DNA of 64,000 bases, taken from IMG/VR virus record IMGVR_UViG_3300037420_001874, positions 117,219 to 181,218 of that record; one strand, written 5' to 3'. The DNA comes from a virus. Position numbers and translations under genes: made by a program. Shown in pieces: positions 1 to 9,096 of the stretch. Below the pieces are notes generated by a model. That model saw only the letters and a list, made by a program, of their open reading frames with translations, ran no database searches and was not told where the DNA came from. How positions within the stretch are numbered: the stretch's first letter is position 1; each line of letters begins with the position of its first letter.

Positions 1-2
1 TG

Positions 3-809
3 TCGTTCGGAGAGACCTTTACCAAGAAGGTCGAGCGCATCCAGACGCGCGGGGGCTTCGTCGAGCAGCACTGGGGCGACGACCTCGGTGAGATCCAGGC
101 CGACAGCTCTACCGGGGCGTTTGTCAACCTCTATGAGGGTCTGTCGAGCGTCGCCCGGCAGCGGACGATCGCGTGGGACCGCTACCGGGACCTGCACGAC
201 CTCTTCAAGAACAACGGTTCGGTCTACGACCCTTACGGCAACATCGTCCTTCAGGGCAACGTGATGTTGCTCTACGACCGCGGGACCTACCTCGGCTACT
301 TCCGATCGTTCGAGGTCGAAGAGACGGACGAGTCTCCGTTTGCCTTCACGATGAACTGGTCGTTCAAGGTCGAGAAGACGATCTACCAGATCCCGCAGAA
401 CCAGAGGGGCGAGCCCATCCGGGCCCCGGCCTTCCAGTCGAAGAACCAGACCAACGCCACGTCTCTTTCGCTCCCCGGCGCCGGGGTTCCGGAGGACGGG
501 CGGACAGGGCTCGAACGCATCGCCGACAACCTCAAGCAAGAGGCATTCGGCGACGCCCTTCGTGCGGGCCTGGAGAAGGTCCTGCCCCAGGTTCCGGGCG
601 CTGTGTCGCGCACGGCCAAGGCGGGCAGCGAGGCTGCCGACCAGGTCTTCACCGAACTCAAAGGCCAGGTCAGCGCGGCCATCAAAGAACAGCAAGAGTC
701 GTTCGTCCGGCTGTTCGGCGGGGGTACGAGCGGCCCGACGGACAAGGGTGGGGCGAGCGGCGGAATCAAACCAGGCAGCGGCGGCAAGCCCCTGCCGACG
801 AAGAGGTGA
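3..809 (+). CDS. Tail tube-initiator / CIS-tube-like baseplate protein (5'-truncated)
   Basis: Frame is open from position 3 (SFGETFTKKVERIQTRGGFVEQHWGDDL...) to TGA at 809, so the track ORF at 261 is internal. Shares xE(Q)HWG and Y.G.F.SF...E...P....(W/Y)...F.V motifs with the C-terminal domain of the next gene. Confidence 0.6.
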   Translation, partial: SFGETFTKKVERIQTRGGFVEQHWGDDLGEIQADSSTGAFVNLYEGLSSVARQRTIAWDRYRDLHDLFKNNGSVYDPYGNIVLQGNVMLLYDRGTYLGYFRSFEVEETDESPFAFTMNWSFKVEKTIYQIPQNQRGEPIRAPAFQSKNQTNATSLSLPGAGVPEDGRTGLERIADNLKQEAFGDALRAGLEKVLPQVPGAVSRTAKAGSEAADQVFTELKGQVSAAIKEQQESFVRLFGGGTSGPTDKGGASGGIKPGSGGKPLPTKR

Positions 810-812
810 CCT

Positions 813-2960
813 GTGGCAGACGGTCTCAAAACGCGCGAGCAGATCCTCGCTTCGGCCGACTTCTATGGGCCTACGATCTACTCGGCGCTCCAGTTCTACT
901 CGAACTTCGAGCACGGCCAGGATTGGGTGAGCGCGGACTTCATCCCGCTCACCTCGGCCAAGCCCAACCCGAAGCTCTTCGTCGTGGGGCTTCTCCCCCC
1001 GACCTCGAACATCAGTGGAAAGCTCCTCGACCGATCGGCCTCGATCCGAAACCTCCAAGGCGGTGGCGAGCAGAGTCTCGATCTCACCCAGAGCAGCGCT
1101 GGGGCAGATACCGGTCCGGCGGCCGGCGCTGGTGGCGCTGTGTCGGCTACGGGGGGGACGGGTTCGGGGCTCGCGGGCTACATCGTCACGGCCCCCGGCT
1201 ACACGATCACGCAGGGGCAGGGCAACGTCAACATCGGCGCCGCTCCGGGCGGAGTCCCTCCGGGGCCGAACGGGGAGCCCCCGACCTTCAACAACTTCAG
1301 CGTTCCTCAACTCTGGTCGATTCTGCGTGAGGCATACCAGCAGCTCTACGGCCGGGAGCCGACCGCGACGGAGCTTCAGTTTTACACGGCCCAGTGCCTC
1401 CGGGAGACGAGCGGCAAGCTGCCGAACAACAATTTCGGCTTCATCGGCAACTACAACAAGCCTCCGGCTGGCAAAGAGACGTTCCTCAACGCGAACGGCA
1501 AGTATTTCAACAGCTACCCCTCCCCTGTCGATGGGGCCAAGGCGTTTCTCGGGCATATCCCTGCCAACGCCAAGGCGGCAGCCCAGAGCGGCGATGCCAT
1601 GGGGTACATGACCTCCCTTGCGCAGACGGGCTACTACGGCGAGCCGGTCAAGGTCTACTATCACGGCACGGCAGCGAGCCCGAAGGAGGGCATCTTTCCG
1701 GCGCTCCTCGGGCAGGTATCCCGGTCCATGGCGGGCACGGGTGTTACGCTCGATAACGCCAAGGGCCTGCCGGCCTACCCGCCGGAGGGATGCGCCTTCA
1801 ACGAGGACATCTTCCAGTACCGGGACCGTAACTTCCCCGGCTGGAAGCAAGGCAAGGGAGGAATGAAGCCGGGAGACCAGTTCCGGTTCATGCCCGGGTC
1901 CATCTACCCGTCGACCTGCCCGCTTGCCGGCCAGACGCCCCAGACGGCCGAGACGAAGACGAGCTTTGCCGGCGAGGGGTCCGAAAACGCCAAGGCGGCG
2001 GCCAAGGAAGCGAGCAAGGTCGGCGACAAGGACCTCAACAAGACCGAGCTGGGCAAGAAGTTTCTGGCGGCGCAGGCGGGGGAGATCCTCGCCACCGCGG
2101 CGGCGCTAGAGACGATGAAGAACACGCCTCCTCTGCGCTTTCTCGTCAACCCGTCGAGCTTCAAGGTCGCGAGCGAGAAGATCATCTCCGATAGCAACTG
2201 GACGCGCAACGGGCCCATCATCGAGCACTGGGGCGACGGCCAGGACAAGATCGACTTCTCGGGCAAGGTCGCGGCCTTCTTTGCCATCGACGCCAACCCC
2301 CCGGGCGGGGGTGTCACCGGGGCGCCGGGCCTCACCCGCGTCGCCCGCAACTACTCGGCGAGCTACCACAACTTCCTCTCGCTCTGGCTGCTCTACCGGA
2401 ACAACGCCGGCATCTACGTCAACGACCCGACGACGGGCAACGGATCGACGCGCCTCTCGATGGTGGGGTCGGTCTACATCTATTACGACAGCATCCTTTA
2501 CATCGGGTCCTTCGACAGCTTCAACCTCACCGAGAGCGCCACGTCCCCGCACACGCTCGAATACAGCGTCCAGTTCACCGTGCGGGCGATGTTTCTCCTC
2601 GACCAGCCCTCGCCGGAGGGGACCTACGGCGCCCCCAAGCTCTTCTCGAAGGGCGAGGCGATCCCGGCGCCCGGAGAGAAGCAGGACGCCGACCCGATCG
2701 ACGACGACCTCTTCGCCGAAGGTCGCCGGGCGGCGGCTGAGGCTCGCCTCCGGGATACGAACCTGGAGTACCAGCGGCAGGCGGCGGAGTTCGACAAAAC
2801 GACCGTGTTCGCCCCCGAGAGCGAGCAGGACCAGATCACTCGCAAGCTTCAAGAGGAGTTCGCGAAGAACCCTCCGAAGGGCAGCACGAAGCTCGACCCG
2901 GCCGTGAAGAAGGCGCTTCGGGGAGATGTGAAGCCGACGCCTGTGACGAAAGGTAAATGA
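813..2960 (+). CDS. Baseplate protein: GH73/FlgJ-like muramidase domain fused to a tube-initiator-like domain
   Basis: Motifs AQCLRETSG..NNNFGFI, FNSYPSPVDGAKAF and LAQTGYYG match the GH73 pattern. C-terminal LVNPSSF...EHWGDG...YIGSFDSFNLTES...EYSVQFTV is paralogous to the previous gene. GTG start. Confidence 0.65.
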   Translation: MADGLKTREQILASADFYGPTIYSALQFYSNFEHGQDWVSADFIPLTSAKPNPKLFVVGLLPPTSNISGKLLDRSASIRNLQGGGEQSLDLTQSSAGADTGPAAGAGGAVSATGGTGSGLAGYIVTAPGYTITQGQGNVNIGAAPGGVPPGPNGEPPTFNNFSVPQLWSILREAYQQLYGREPTATELQFYTAQCLRETSGKLPNNNFGFIGNYNKPPAGKETFLNANGKYFNSYPSPVDGAKAFLGHIPANAKAAAQSGDAMGYMTSLAQTGYYGEPVKVYYHGTAASPKEGIFPALLGQVSRSMAGTGVTLDNAKGLPAYPPEGCAFNEDIFQYRDRNFPGWKQGKGGMKPGDQFRFMPGSIYPSTCPLAGQTPQTAETKTSFAGEGSENAKAAAKEASKVGDKDLNKTELGKKFLAAQAGEILATAAALETMKNTPPLRFLVNPSSFKVASEKIISDSNWTRNGPIIEHWGDGQDKIDFSGKVAAFFAIDANPPGGGVTGAPGLTRVARNYSASYHNFLSLWLLYRNNAGIYVNDPTTGNGSTRLSMVGSVYIYYDSILYIGSFDSFNLTESATSPHTLEYSVQFTVRAMFLLDQPSPEGTYGAPKLFSKGEAIPAPGEKQDADPIDDDLFAEGRRAAAEARLRDTNLEYQRQAAEFDKTTVFAPESEQDQITRKLQEEFAKNPPKGSTKLDPAVKKALRGDVKPTPVTKGK

Positions 2961-2963
2961 AAA

Positions 2964-5900
2964 ATGGCACGCAGTCCCTTCCAGGGCACCTACAGCCCGA
3001 ACCTCCGGCCCACGGTCGTCCACGCCCCCGATACGCTCGTCTACATCAACGGCGAACCGGACGTGGTCGGATGCCCGCAGTGTCGGCGCAAGTTCGATCT
3101 CTCGAAGTACATCACGTCGGTGCAGGTGGACCTCTCGGTCGAGAGCGTGCCGGGCTCGGCCAACATCACCCTCTCGGTCCCGCGCCACGTCATCGACGAC
3201 TTCATGTTCGACGGGGTGCCGCTCATCTCGCCCATGATGGAGGTCGAGATTTTCTCGAAGGGCTACTACCTCGTCGAGGGCCTGCCCCAGTATTACCCTA
3301 CGTTCTGGGGCCTGGTCACCGAGGTCAACGACAACTACTCGGGCGGCGAGCACACGGTCACGATCGCGTGCGCGGACATTCTGAAGTGGTGGGACATTTG
3401 CCGGATGAACATCAACCCGGCGTTCACGGCTCCGAAGGGCCAGCTCGGGACGAACATCTTCGGCAACGTCTTCTACGGGACCAACCCCTACGACGTGATC
3501 TACACGCTCGCCAACATGGCCTTCGGCGACGTGATCTTGGGCACCGGCTCGCTCATCTCGCTCTACAAGGAGGGGCAGCAGAAGAAGACGTTCGACACGG
3601 CCCTCGGCGATATCATGGCCTACTGGCAGCAGAGGTTCGGTAAGATCCGATCGAACCTCCTGCTCTACGGCATGAACGGGGTGGCCATCCGGGGCGCGGA
3701 CCTCGACGTGGCCTACCAGAAGGGTAAAGCGACCAAGAGCAAGCCCTTTGCCTCGGCGGCCGTCCGAAACGCCAACGGCGGCGACGCCAACGCCCAGGCC
3801 ATCTTCGATCCGACAAGCCCCAACGTCCACGCCTTCCGGACGCAGTTCATGAATGCCGGGCAGGTGAACTTCTGGCAGAGCGAGTACCAGAGCAAGCTCG
3901 AAATCGCCAACGGCGCCAAGGAGGCGATCGGCTTCGAGTTTTACATGGACGTGACGGGCGATATCGTCTTCAAGCCGCCCTTCTTCAACCTCGACGTGCT
4001 GTCAAACAAGCCCGTCTCGTGGATTCAGGACATCGATATCATCGACTGGGACTTCGGCGATTCCGAGGCCGAGGTCGTGACGCAGCTCTCGATCCAGGGC
4101 AACTTCGGCGGCAACACCGACTACGGCCTCGACGAAGCGGCGACGCCGTACACGTCCGTCACCGACTACCACCTGCTTCGCAAGTTCGGCTGGCGCTCGC
4201 AGACCTACAACAGCGAGTTCATGGGCGACCCGCTCCTCATGTTCTACCACGGGCTCGATATCATCGACCGGATGAACGCCAAGGAGTTCCGGGCGACTGT
4301 GACGATCCCGATGCGCCCGGAGCTTCGCCTGGGATTCCCGATCTACATCGCTCCGAAGGATCAGGTCTGGTACATCCAAGGGATCTCGCACAGCATCCAG
4401 TTCGGAGGCCGTGCGACCACGACCCTGACGCTCACGGCCCGGCGAACGAAGTTCAAGGCTCCCAAGGGGATCAGCACGCTCAAGATGACCGGCGAGACCA
4501 AGCCGCCGGCTGCCCCCACGGGCAAGAAGTCCTCGCCCACCAAGCAGGAGCAGAAGACGGCGGCTCCGACCAAGGACGCTCCTCCGAAGGAGACGAAGAA
4601 GGGTCCGCCCACGACCCAGCAGCTCGCCCGCAAGACCTTCTCGCTCGATATCGGAGGGGCGGCGCAGATGCCCGCGGTCGACCTCGATCCCGAGAAGCCC
4701 GAGACCATGACGCCCTACGAGCCGCTCATCCTCCGGCACCCGAAGACGGGCCGGATCTGCGGCTATCCGAACGTGGTCATGGTCTATACCCGACCTTTCA
4801 AGGACCTCACCCTCGACCAGTTCAAGCGGGTAACGGGCAAGGGGGCGGGCAAGGGCCAGGTGAAGCAGGCGAGCGCCAAGAGCCAGCAGGCCATCAACCA
4901 GATCCGCGACAAGGGCCTCGCTGCGGCGGCCGATGCCTTCAACGACACGACCGTGGACAAGCTCGTCGAGAAGTACAACGCCAACCGCTGGCGCTACGGG
5001 CTCAACTCGGCCGGTGTCTTCGTCTACGCGCACGATACTGAAAAGGCCCTGCTCTCGTTTGCGCTTCTGCCCGCGGCGAACATCACCGTTACCCAGCAAG
5101 GGCAGGCGACCAAGACGAGCCCCTTCTCGCACTCGGCCATGATCCGGCCCGTGTCCGACGAGCGTGGGTTCGAGGTCATCGGCCACTTCCGCTACGGGCG
5201 AGGAGTCTCTCTGCGAGATGGTCGGCTCGTGCTCACCGACGGCAAGAACGAGGCGGCCAGCGTGGGCCTTCAGCTCGCGCTCTCGGGCGACCTCTTCGCC
5301 TCGCTGACGGCCCAGAGTCAGGGGCTTACGGCCGTCGTGTCGGCCTATTCGAGCCCCGCCGAGACGCTCGCTCGCCTCGGCGACGACGACTTGCAAACGG
5401 CGGCGGTCATCCAGCCGAACACGATGGATGCCTCGACGGCAAAGTTTGTCAACACGGGCGACTCGTTCGTGGACACGGCCCCTCTCGGGTCCCCTGAGCA
5501 GAAGGGCCTCCCCCCGAGCGTCGAGGCTTCGCAGCTCTCCCGGGCGCTCACCCTCGCCGAGATGGGGGTGAAGGGCGAGTCGATCCCGGCCGAGGACAAC
5601 TGCGTGTGCATGTCCGGTCGAGCGGACCTCGCCTTCATCAACGTGGGCTATTCGGTCAAGACCCTGAACCCGGCAAGTCCCGAGGTCGAGGTCTTCAACC
5701 AGGGGGGTGCGGCCAACTTGCAAGACGGCACCGTCGAGGGGGTGACCTCCTTTGGCGACCGAGAGCTTGCCAAGGAGCTGGGGGGCGGGGCCGCAAAGCC
5801 CATCGCGGCCGAGCTGAAATACGACGCCGTCCGGACCAAGGTGGAAGAGTATCTCTCGACCCTCTACGGAGCGCTCGATGACGTACACCACCAGTACGAG

Positions 5901-6455
5901 CAGGCCATCCGAGGCAAGCTCCTCGACCCGGGCGGTGACGCTCCGTCCGGCCTCGGTCTCGGCGACCCCTCGAACCCCGAGAATGCGGACTTCGAGCCTC
6001 CTTTCTCGGCCCCCAATCGGGCGAACCTCGGCGACCCCATCGCTACGGCCCTTCAGGGAAGCTCCGCGCGAAGCGACATCAAGAAGAGCTGGCAGAAGTT
6101 CGGCGAAAGCCTCGACAAGAAGAGCAAGCTCTTCGCCAAGCAGCAGAAGGTGCTCAGCCTTCAGAACCAGCTCGCCGATCTCAAGAAGAAGAAGGCGGAC
6201 GCGACCGGGGGCGGAGTCTTCCAGAACACGTTCAAGGACCAGGGCCCCCCGCCTGATACTTCAGCTATCGACAAGGAGATCGCGGCTGTCACAGCCGAGC
6301 TGACGAAGCTCCAGATGGAAATCCAGGCAGGTATCGCGTTATGCCCTCTCGCGTTCCGATGGGGTACAGCCCCCGCAAGCCGTTCGTCAACGAGGACAAC
6401 CCCTACGCCCACACCCGCGTGGGGGTCATCACCTACGTGGACGAGCTGCACATGA
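2964..6455 (+). CDS. Baseplate hub protein (gp27/gpD/VgrG-N-like); likely ends at TTA 6339-6341
   Basis: Hub-like motifs: ITSVQVDLSV..VPGSANITL, FWGLVTEV, GFEFYMDVTGDIVFKPP, ATVTIPMRPELRLGFP, YIQGISHSIQFGG..TTTLTL. It lies before the spike gene. Under code 11 it overlaps the next gene by 115 nt. Confidence 0.7.
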   Translation: MARSPFQGTYSPNLRPTVVHAPDTLVYINGEPDVVGCPQCRRKFDLSKYITSVQVDLSVESVPGSANITLSVPRHVIDDFMFDGVPLISPMMEVEIFSKGYYLVEGLPQYYPTFWGLVTEVNDNYSGGEHTVTIACADILKWWDICRMNINPAFTAPKGQLGTNIFGNVFYGTNPYDVIYTLANMAFGDVILGTGSLISLYKEGQQKKTFDTALGDIMAYWQQRFGKIRSNLLLYGMNGVAIRGADLDVAYQKGKATKSKPFASAAVRNANGGDANAQAIFDPTSPNVHAFRTQFMNAGQVNFWQSEYQSKLEIANGAKEAIGFEFYMDVTGDIVFKPPFFNLDVLSNKPVSWIQDIDIIDWDFGDSEAEVVTQLSIQGNFGGNTDYGLDEAATPYTSVTDYHLLRKFGWRSQTYNSEFMGDPLLMFYHGLDIIDRMNAKEFRATVTIPMRPELRLGFPIYIAPKDQVWYIQGISHSIQFGGRATTTLTLTARRTKFKAPKGISTLKMTGETKPPAAPTGKKSSPTKQEQKTAAPTKDAPPKETKKGPPTTQQLARKTFSLDIGGAAQMPAVDLDPEKPETMTPYEPLILRHPKTGRICGYPNVVMVYTRPFKDLTLDQFKRVTGKGAGKGQVKQASAKSQQAINQIRDKGLAAAADAFNDTTVDKLVEKYNANRWRYGLNSAGVFVYAHDTEKALLSFALLPAANITVTQQGQATKTSPFSHSAMIRPVSDERGFEVIGHFRYGRGVSLRDGRLVLTDGKNEAASVGLQLALSGDLFASLTAQSQGLTAVVSAYSSPAETLARLGDDDLQTAAVIQPNTMDASTAKFVNTGDSFVDTAPLGSPEQKGLPPSVEASQLSRALTLAEMGVKGESIPAEDNCVCMSGRADLAFINVGYSVKTLNPASPEVEVFNQGGAANLQDGTVEGVTSFGDRELAKELGGGAAKPIAAELKYDAVRTKVEEYLSTLYGALDDVHHQYEQAIRGKLLDPGGDAPSGLGLGDPSNPENADFEPPFSAPNRANLGDPIATALQGSSARSDIKKSWQKFGESLDKKSKLFAKQQKVLSLQNQLADLKKKKADATGGGVFQNTFKDQGPPPDTSAIDKEIAAVTAELTKLQMEIQAGIALCPLAFRWGTAPASRSSTRTTPTPTPAWGSSPTWTSCT

Positions 6456-8509
6456 GGTGCAACGTCCGCGTCCTCACCGGCGGCGAGGAACGCTTCGAGG
6501 TCGACCTCACGCAGGCGATGGCGGGGCCGAGGAGCTTTCTCGGAGGCATCCCCGAGGTCAACTCGCTCGTCATCGTTGCCTACCGCCGCAAGCACAAGAA
6601 CCTGTTTGACGCGGTCATCCTCGGCTACATCCCCGTCGGTAACATCCTCGGCCTCCGGTTCGACCCCTTCTCCGGGGTCAACCCGAACGCTCTCGACCCC
6701 GAGGACAAGGTCGATGCGCAGGCCATCTTCGGCAAGCATGTTCGGTACAAGCGCATCCGAGGCAAGCCCGGCGATGTGATGGGCATGAGCGCCTCGGGGG
6801 CCGAGTTTCTGCTCTCGAAGGACGTACGGCTCTTCAACCGAGCCGGCGACCTCATCGAGCTTCGCGACTCTGACCGGACGCTCATCACCCAGGCGGTTCA
6901 CCGGGTCCACTCCGACGCGGGCACCTACGCCTTCTCCGGGCCCATCCGGCGCGGGGCGATGGATCTCCCGCTCGATATCTTCCAGACCGACAAGGACGGC
7001 AACCTTACGCGCGTCCTGAAGACGGCGGCGGAGCGGTACTTCGGTCGGGACGATCTCTTTCTGACAGGCCCCTCGGGCTCTTCTTTCTCGAATGCAGCCG
7101 GCCACGTCCTCGACCGGGTGAACGACACCGAAGAGTTCCCTCCGGTCACTTACTCGAACGGCAGGCGGGCCTACTACGCTGGCACTGACCCGGCCGCTAA
7201 CTTCGAGTCCTCGACCGGCTCGGGCGAGACCTTCACCGAGCACCGGCTCGAAATCCGGCACACCACCCCTGTTCAGCAGGAGGTGCGCGAGGAGATCGAC
7301 GGCTTCTCGGCCGATCGCCCGGTGCCCTTCATCGAGCAAGTCTTCGGGACGATTGTTGGCAACGACCCGTATTCGTCCGAAGGCCAGCGGGCGTACGGGC
7401 GGGTGCTCATCCCTCGGATCTTCGACGACTTCGAGCAGACCGCGCCCCCCACTTCGCCTGGGCTCTCGATGGATGAGGCCAGCCGTGCCCCTGGGGGGCC
7501 GGACGAGGCTCTTACGCGAGCGGGCGCCTACCTCTTCCGTATCCGTCCTCCGAAGAGCCCGTCGACCAGCGTGTTCGGGGTCGCGGTCTCCAAGCAGGGC
7601 AAGCTCCATGTCAACGTGCCGGGGTCGTCCGAGGAGCACGCGGGCAACTCCCGGAACATCTCGGCCGAGGTCAACATGGAAGGGGCGCTCAAGATGCGCC
7701 TCGGCGCCACGACCCCCGAGCAGATTTCGCTTCACATGACGCTCGACGGAGCGCTCTATGTGAAGATCGGCCAAGACGCGCTCGGCCGAAGCATCATCAC
7801 GGACTTTTCCGGGTCGGTCAAGAACGTCTACAAGGGTAACGACGCCGACGGGGTGGCCCGATCGGTCGAGGTCCAGGGCAACGCCGAGAAGTCGATCTCG
7901 GGTAGCTACACGAAGACCGTCCAGGGCTCGCACACCTCGCGGGTCTCGGGCTCGCACTCGACGCAAGCCACCGACGTGGCCGTGAGCGCCCTCAACGGCT
8001 ACTCGGTCACGGCCCAGAGCCAGAACGTCACCGTGGCTGGCAAGAGCCAGTTCAACTTCGCCCTGCTCGTGCAAGAGACCATTGCCGCGGGGGGTAAGAT
8101 CATGACCGTGCTTGCGGGCGGGGTGACCAGCACGGTCGCTGCGGGAGCGTTTACCCAGACCGTGGCGGCAGGGGCGACCACGTTCGCCAACCCGGGCGGC
8201 GCCTTCTCGGTCGCGGTTGGGGCGGGGGCTCTTAGCCTGACCACGGCCTCGGGGGCTGCTGCCATCACGGCCGGGGCAGGTGCGGTGTCCGTCTCGGCGG
8301 GTTTGGCGCTCACCCTGACTGCGGGCCTGGCCATGAACCTGTCGTCGGGGGTTGCGATCTCTCTCGTTGCCCCGCAGGTCCTTGTCGGCGGCCCCGCGGC
8401 GGTCTTCGGCGTGGCTCGTGGGGCCCCCATGCACCCGCCGGGCTCGCCGAGCCTCGATTGGATCACCGGCTCTCCTTTGCAGGGTTCGGCCGTTTTCAGG
8501 TCATGGTGA
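6341..8509 (+). CDS. Central spike protein (gp5/gpV/VgrG-C-like)
   Basis: N-terminal OB-fold-like segment (RVGVITYVDELHMRCNVRV...GGIPEVNSLVIV) and C-terminal short beta-strand repeats (SVEVQGNAEKSISGSYTKTVQGS; SVAVGAGALSLTTASGAAAITAGAGAVSVSAG). Confidence 0.7.
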   Translation: MPSRVPMGYSPRKPFVNEDNPYAHTRVGVITYVDELHMRCNVRVLTGGEERFEVDLTQAMAGPRSFLGGIPEVNSLVIVAYRRKHKNLFDAVILGYIPVGNILGLRFDPFSGVNPNALDPEDKVDAQAIFGKHVRYKRIRGKPGDVMGMSASGAEFLLSKDVRLFNRAGDLIELRDSDRTLITQAVHRVHSDAGTYAFSGPIRRGAMDLPLDIFQTDKDGNLTRVLKTAAERYFGRDDLFLTGPSGSSFSNAAGHVLDRVNDTEEFPPVTYSNGRRAYYAGTDPAANFESSTGSGETFTEHRLEIRHTTPVQQEVREEIDGFSADRPVPFIEQVFGTIVGNDPYSSEGQRAYGRVLIPRIFDDFEQTAPPTSPGLSMDEASRAPGGPDEALTRAGAYLFRIRPPKSPSTSVFGVAVSKQGKLHVNVPGSSEEHAGNSRNISAEVNMEGALKMRLGATTPEQISLHMTLDGALYVKIGQDALGRSIITDFSGSVKNVYKGNDADGVARSVEVQGNAEKSISGSYTKTVQGSHTSRVSGSHSTQATDVAVSALNGYSVTAQSQNVTVAGKSQFNFALLVQETIAAGGKIMTVLAGGVTSTVAAGAFTQTVAAGATTFANPGGAFSVAVGAGALSLTTASGAAAITAGAGAVSVSAGLALTLTAGLAMNLSSGVAISLVAPQVLVGGPAAVFGVARGAPMHPPGSPSLDWITGSPLQGSAVFRSW

Positions 8510-8510
8510 G

Positions 8511-9083
8511 ATGCCCATCTCCCCGGTCACTTCCGCGCCCATTCTGACGGGCACCCTTCTCTCGAATGCCATCGTGGGCGTCGCTACCCCCAGGCTCGCA
8601 AGCGGGGTGGCCAATGGGCTCAGCCTTTGGCTCCCCACGGTTACGGTCAACTCGACCGCAGCCGGTACGCTTGGGGTGGGGGCCGGCCTCGTCCCGACGA
8701 TCCCCGTGCCTACCCCCGTGCTCTACGCGGCCTTGGTAGCCTCGTTTGCAAGCCGGGGCCTTCTCGGGGTCATGTCCCCCTTGGTCATCAACGGCTTGGC
8801 CGCGGGGCTTTCGCTGGTCTTCCTTCAGGGCCAGGTGGTGACGACGCAGCCGAATGTGGGGGTGGGGGCCGGGGTGGCGACCTTTGCGGCCCCTCCTGCC
8901 GGTCCTCTGATGAGCCAGGGCTTCGTTGCCGCGGGGCTCACGGGCATCGGACAGGTGCAGCTCGCCTCGGCGATTGGCGATGCCCTGGGGACCGTTTTTT
9001 CTGCTTTGGTCCTGCCTCTAGCGGTAGCCGGCTCGCCCAGCATCGTACCGTCCTCGGGCCCCGGGACCGGCAAGATTCTATGA
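8511..9083 (+). CDS. Small Gly/Ala-rich structural protein, possible spike-tip protein
   Basis: ATG at 8511, 2 nt after the spike stop (the track start at 8352 is an overextension). 190 aa, two similar halves, ends GPGTGKIL. Confidence 0.45.
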   Translation: MPISPVTSAPILTGTLLSNAIVGVATPRLASGVANGLSLWLPTVTVNSTAAGTLGVGAGLVPTIPVPTPVLYAALVASFASRGLLGVMSPLVINGLAAGLSLVFLQGQVVTTQPNVGVGAGVATFAAPPAGPLMSQGFVAAGLTGIGQVQLASAIGDALGTVFSALVLPLAVAGSPSIVPSSGPGTGKIL

Positions 9084-9096
9084 AAATGAGGCAGAC

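Noticed and set aside
173-1611. Alternate-frame plus-strand ORFs (173..1330, 1015..1611 and similar across the window)
   Set aside because: R/P/G-rich frame-shifted translations fully overlapping better genes.
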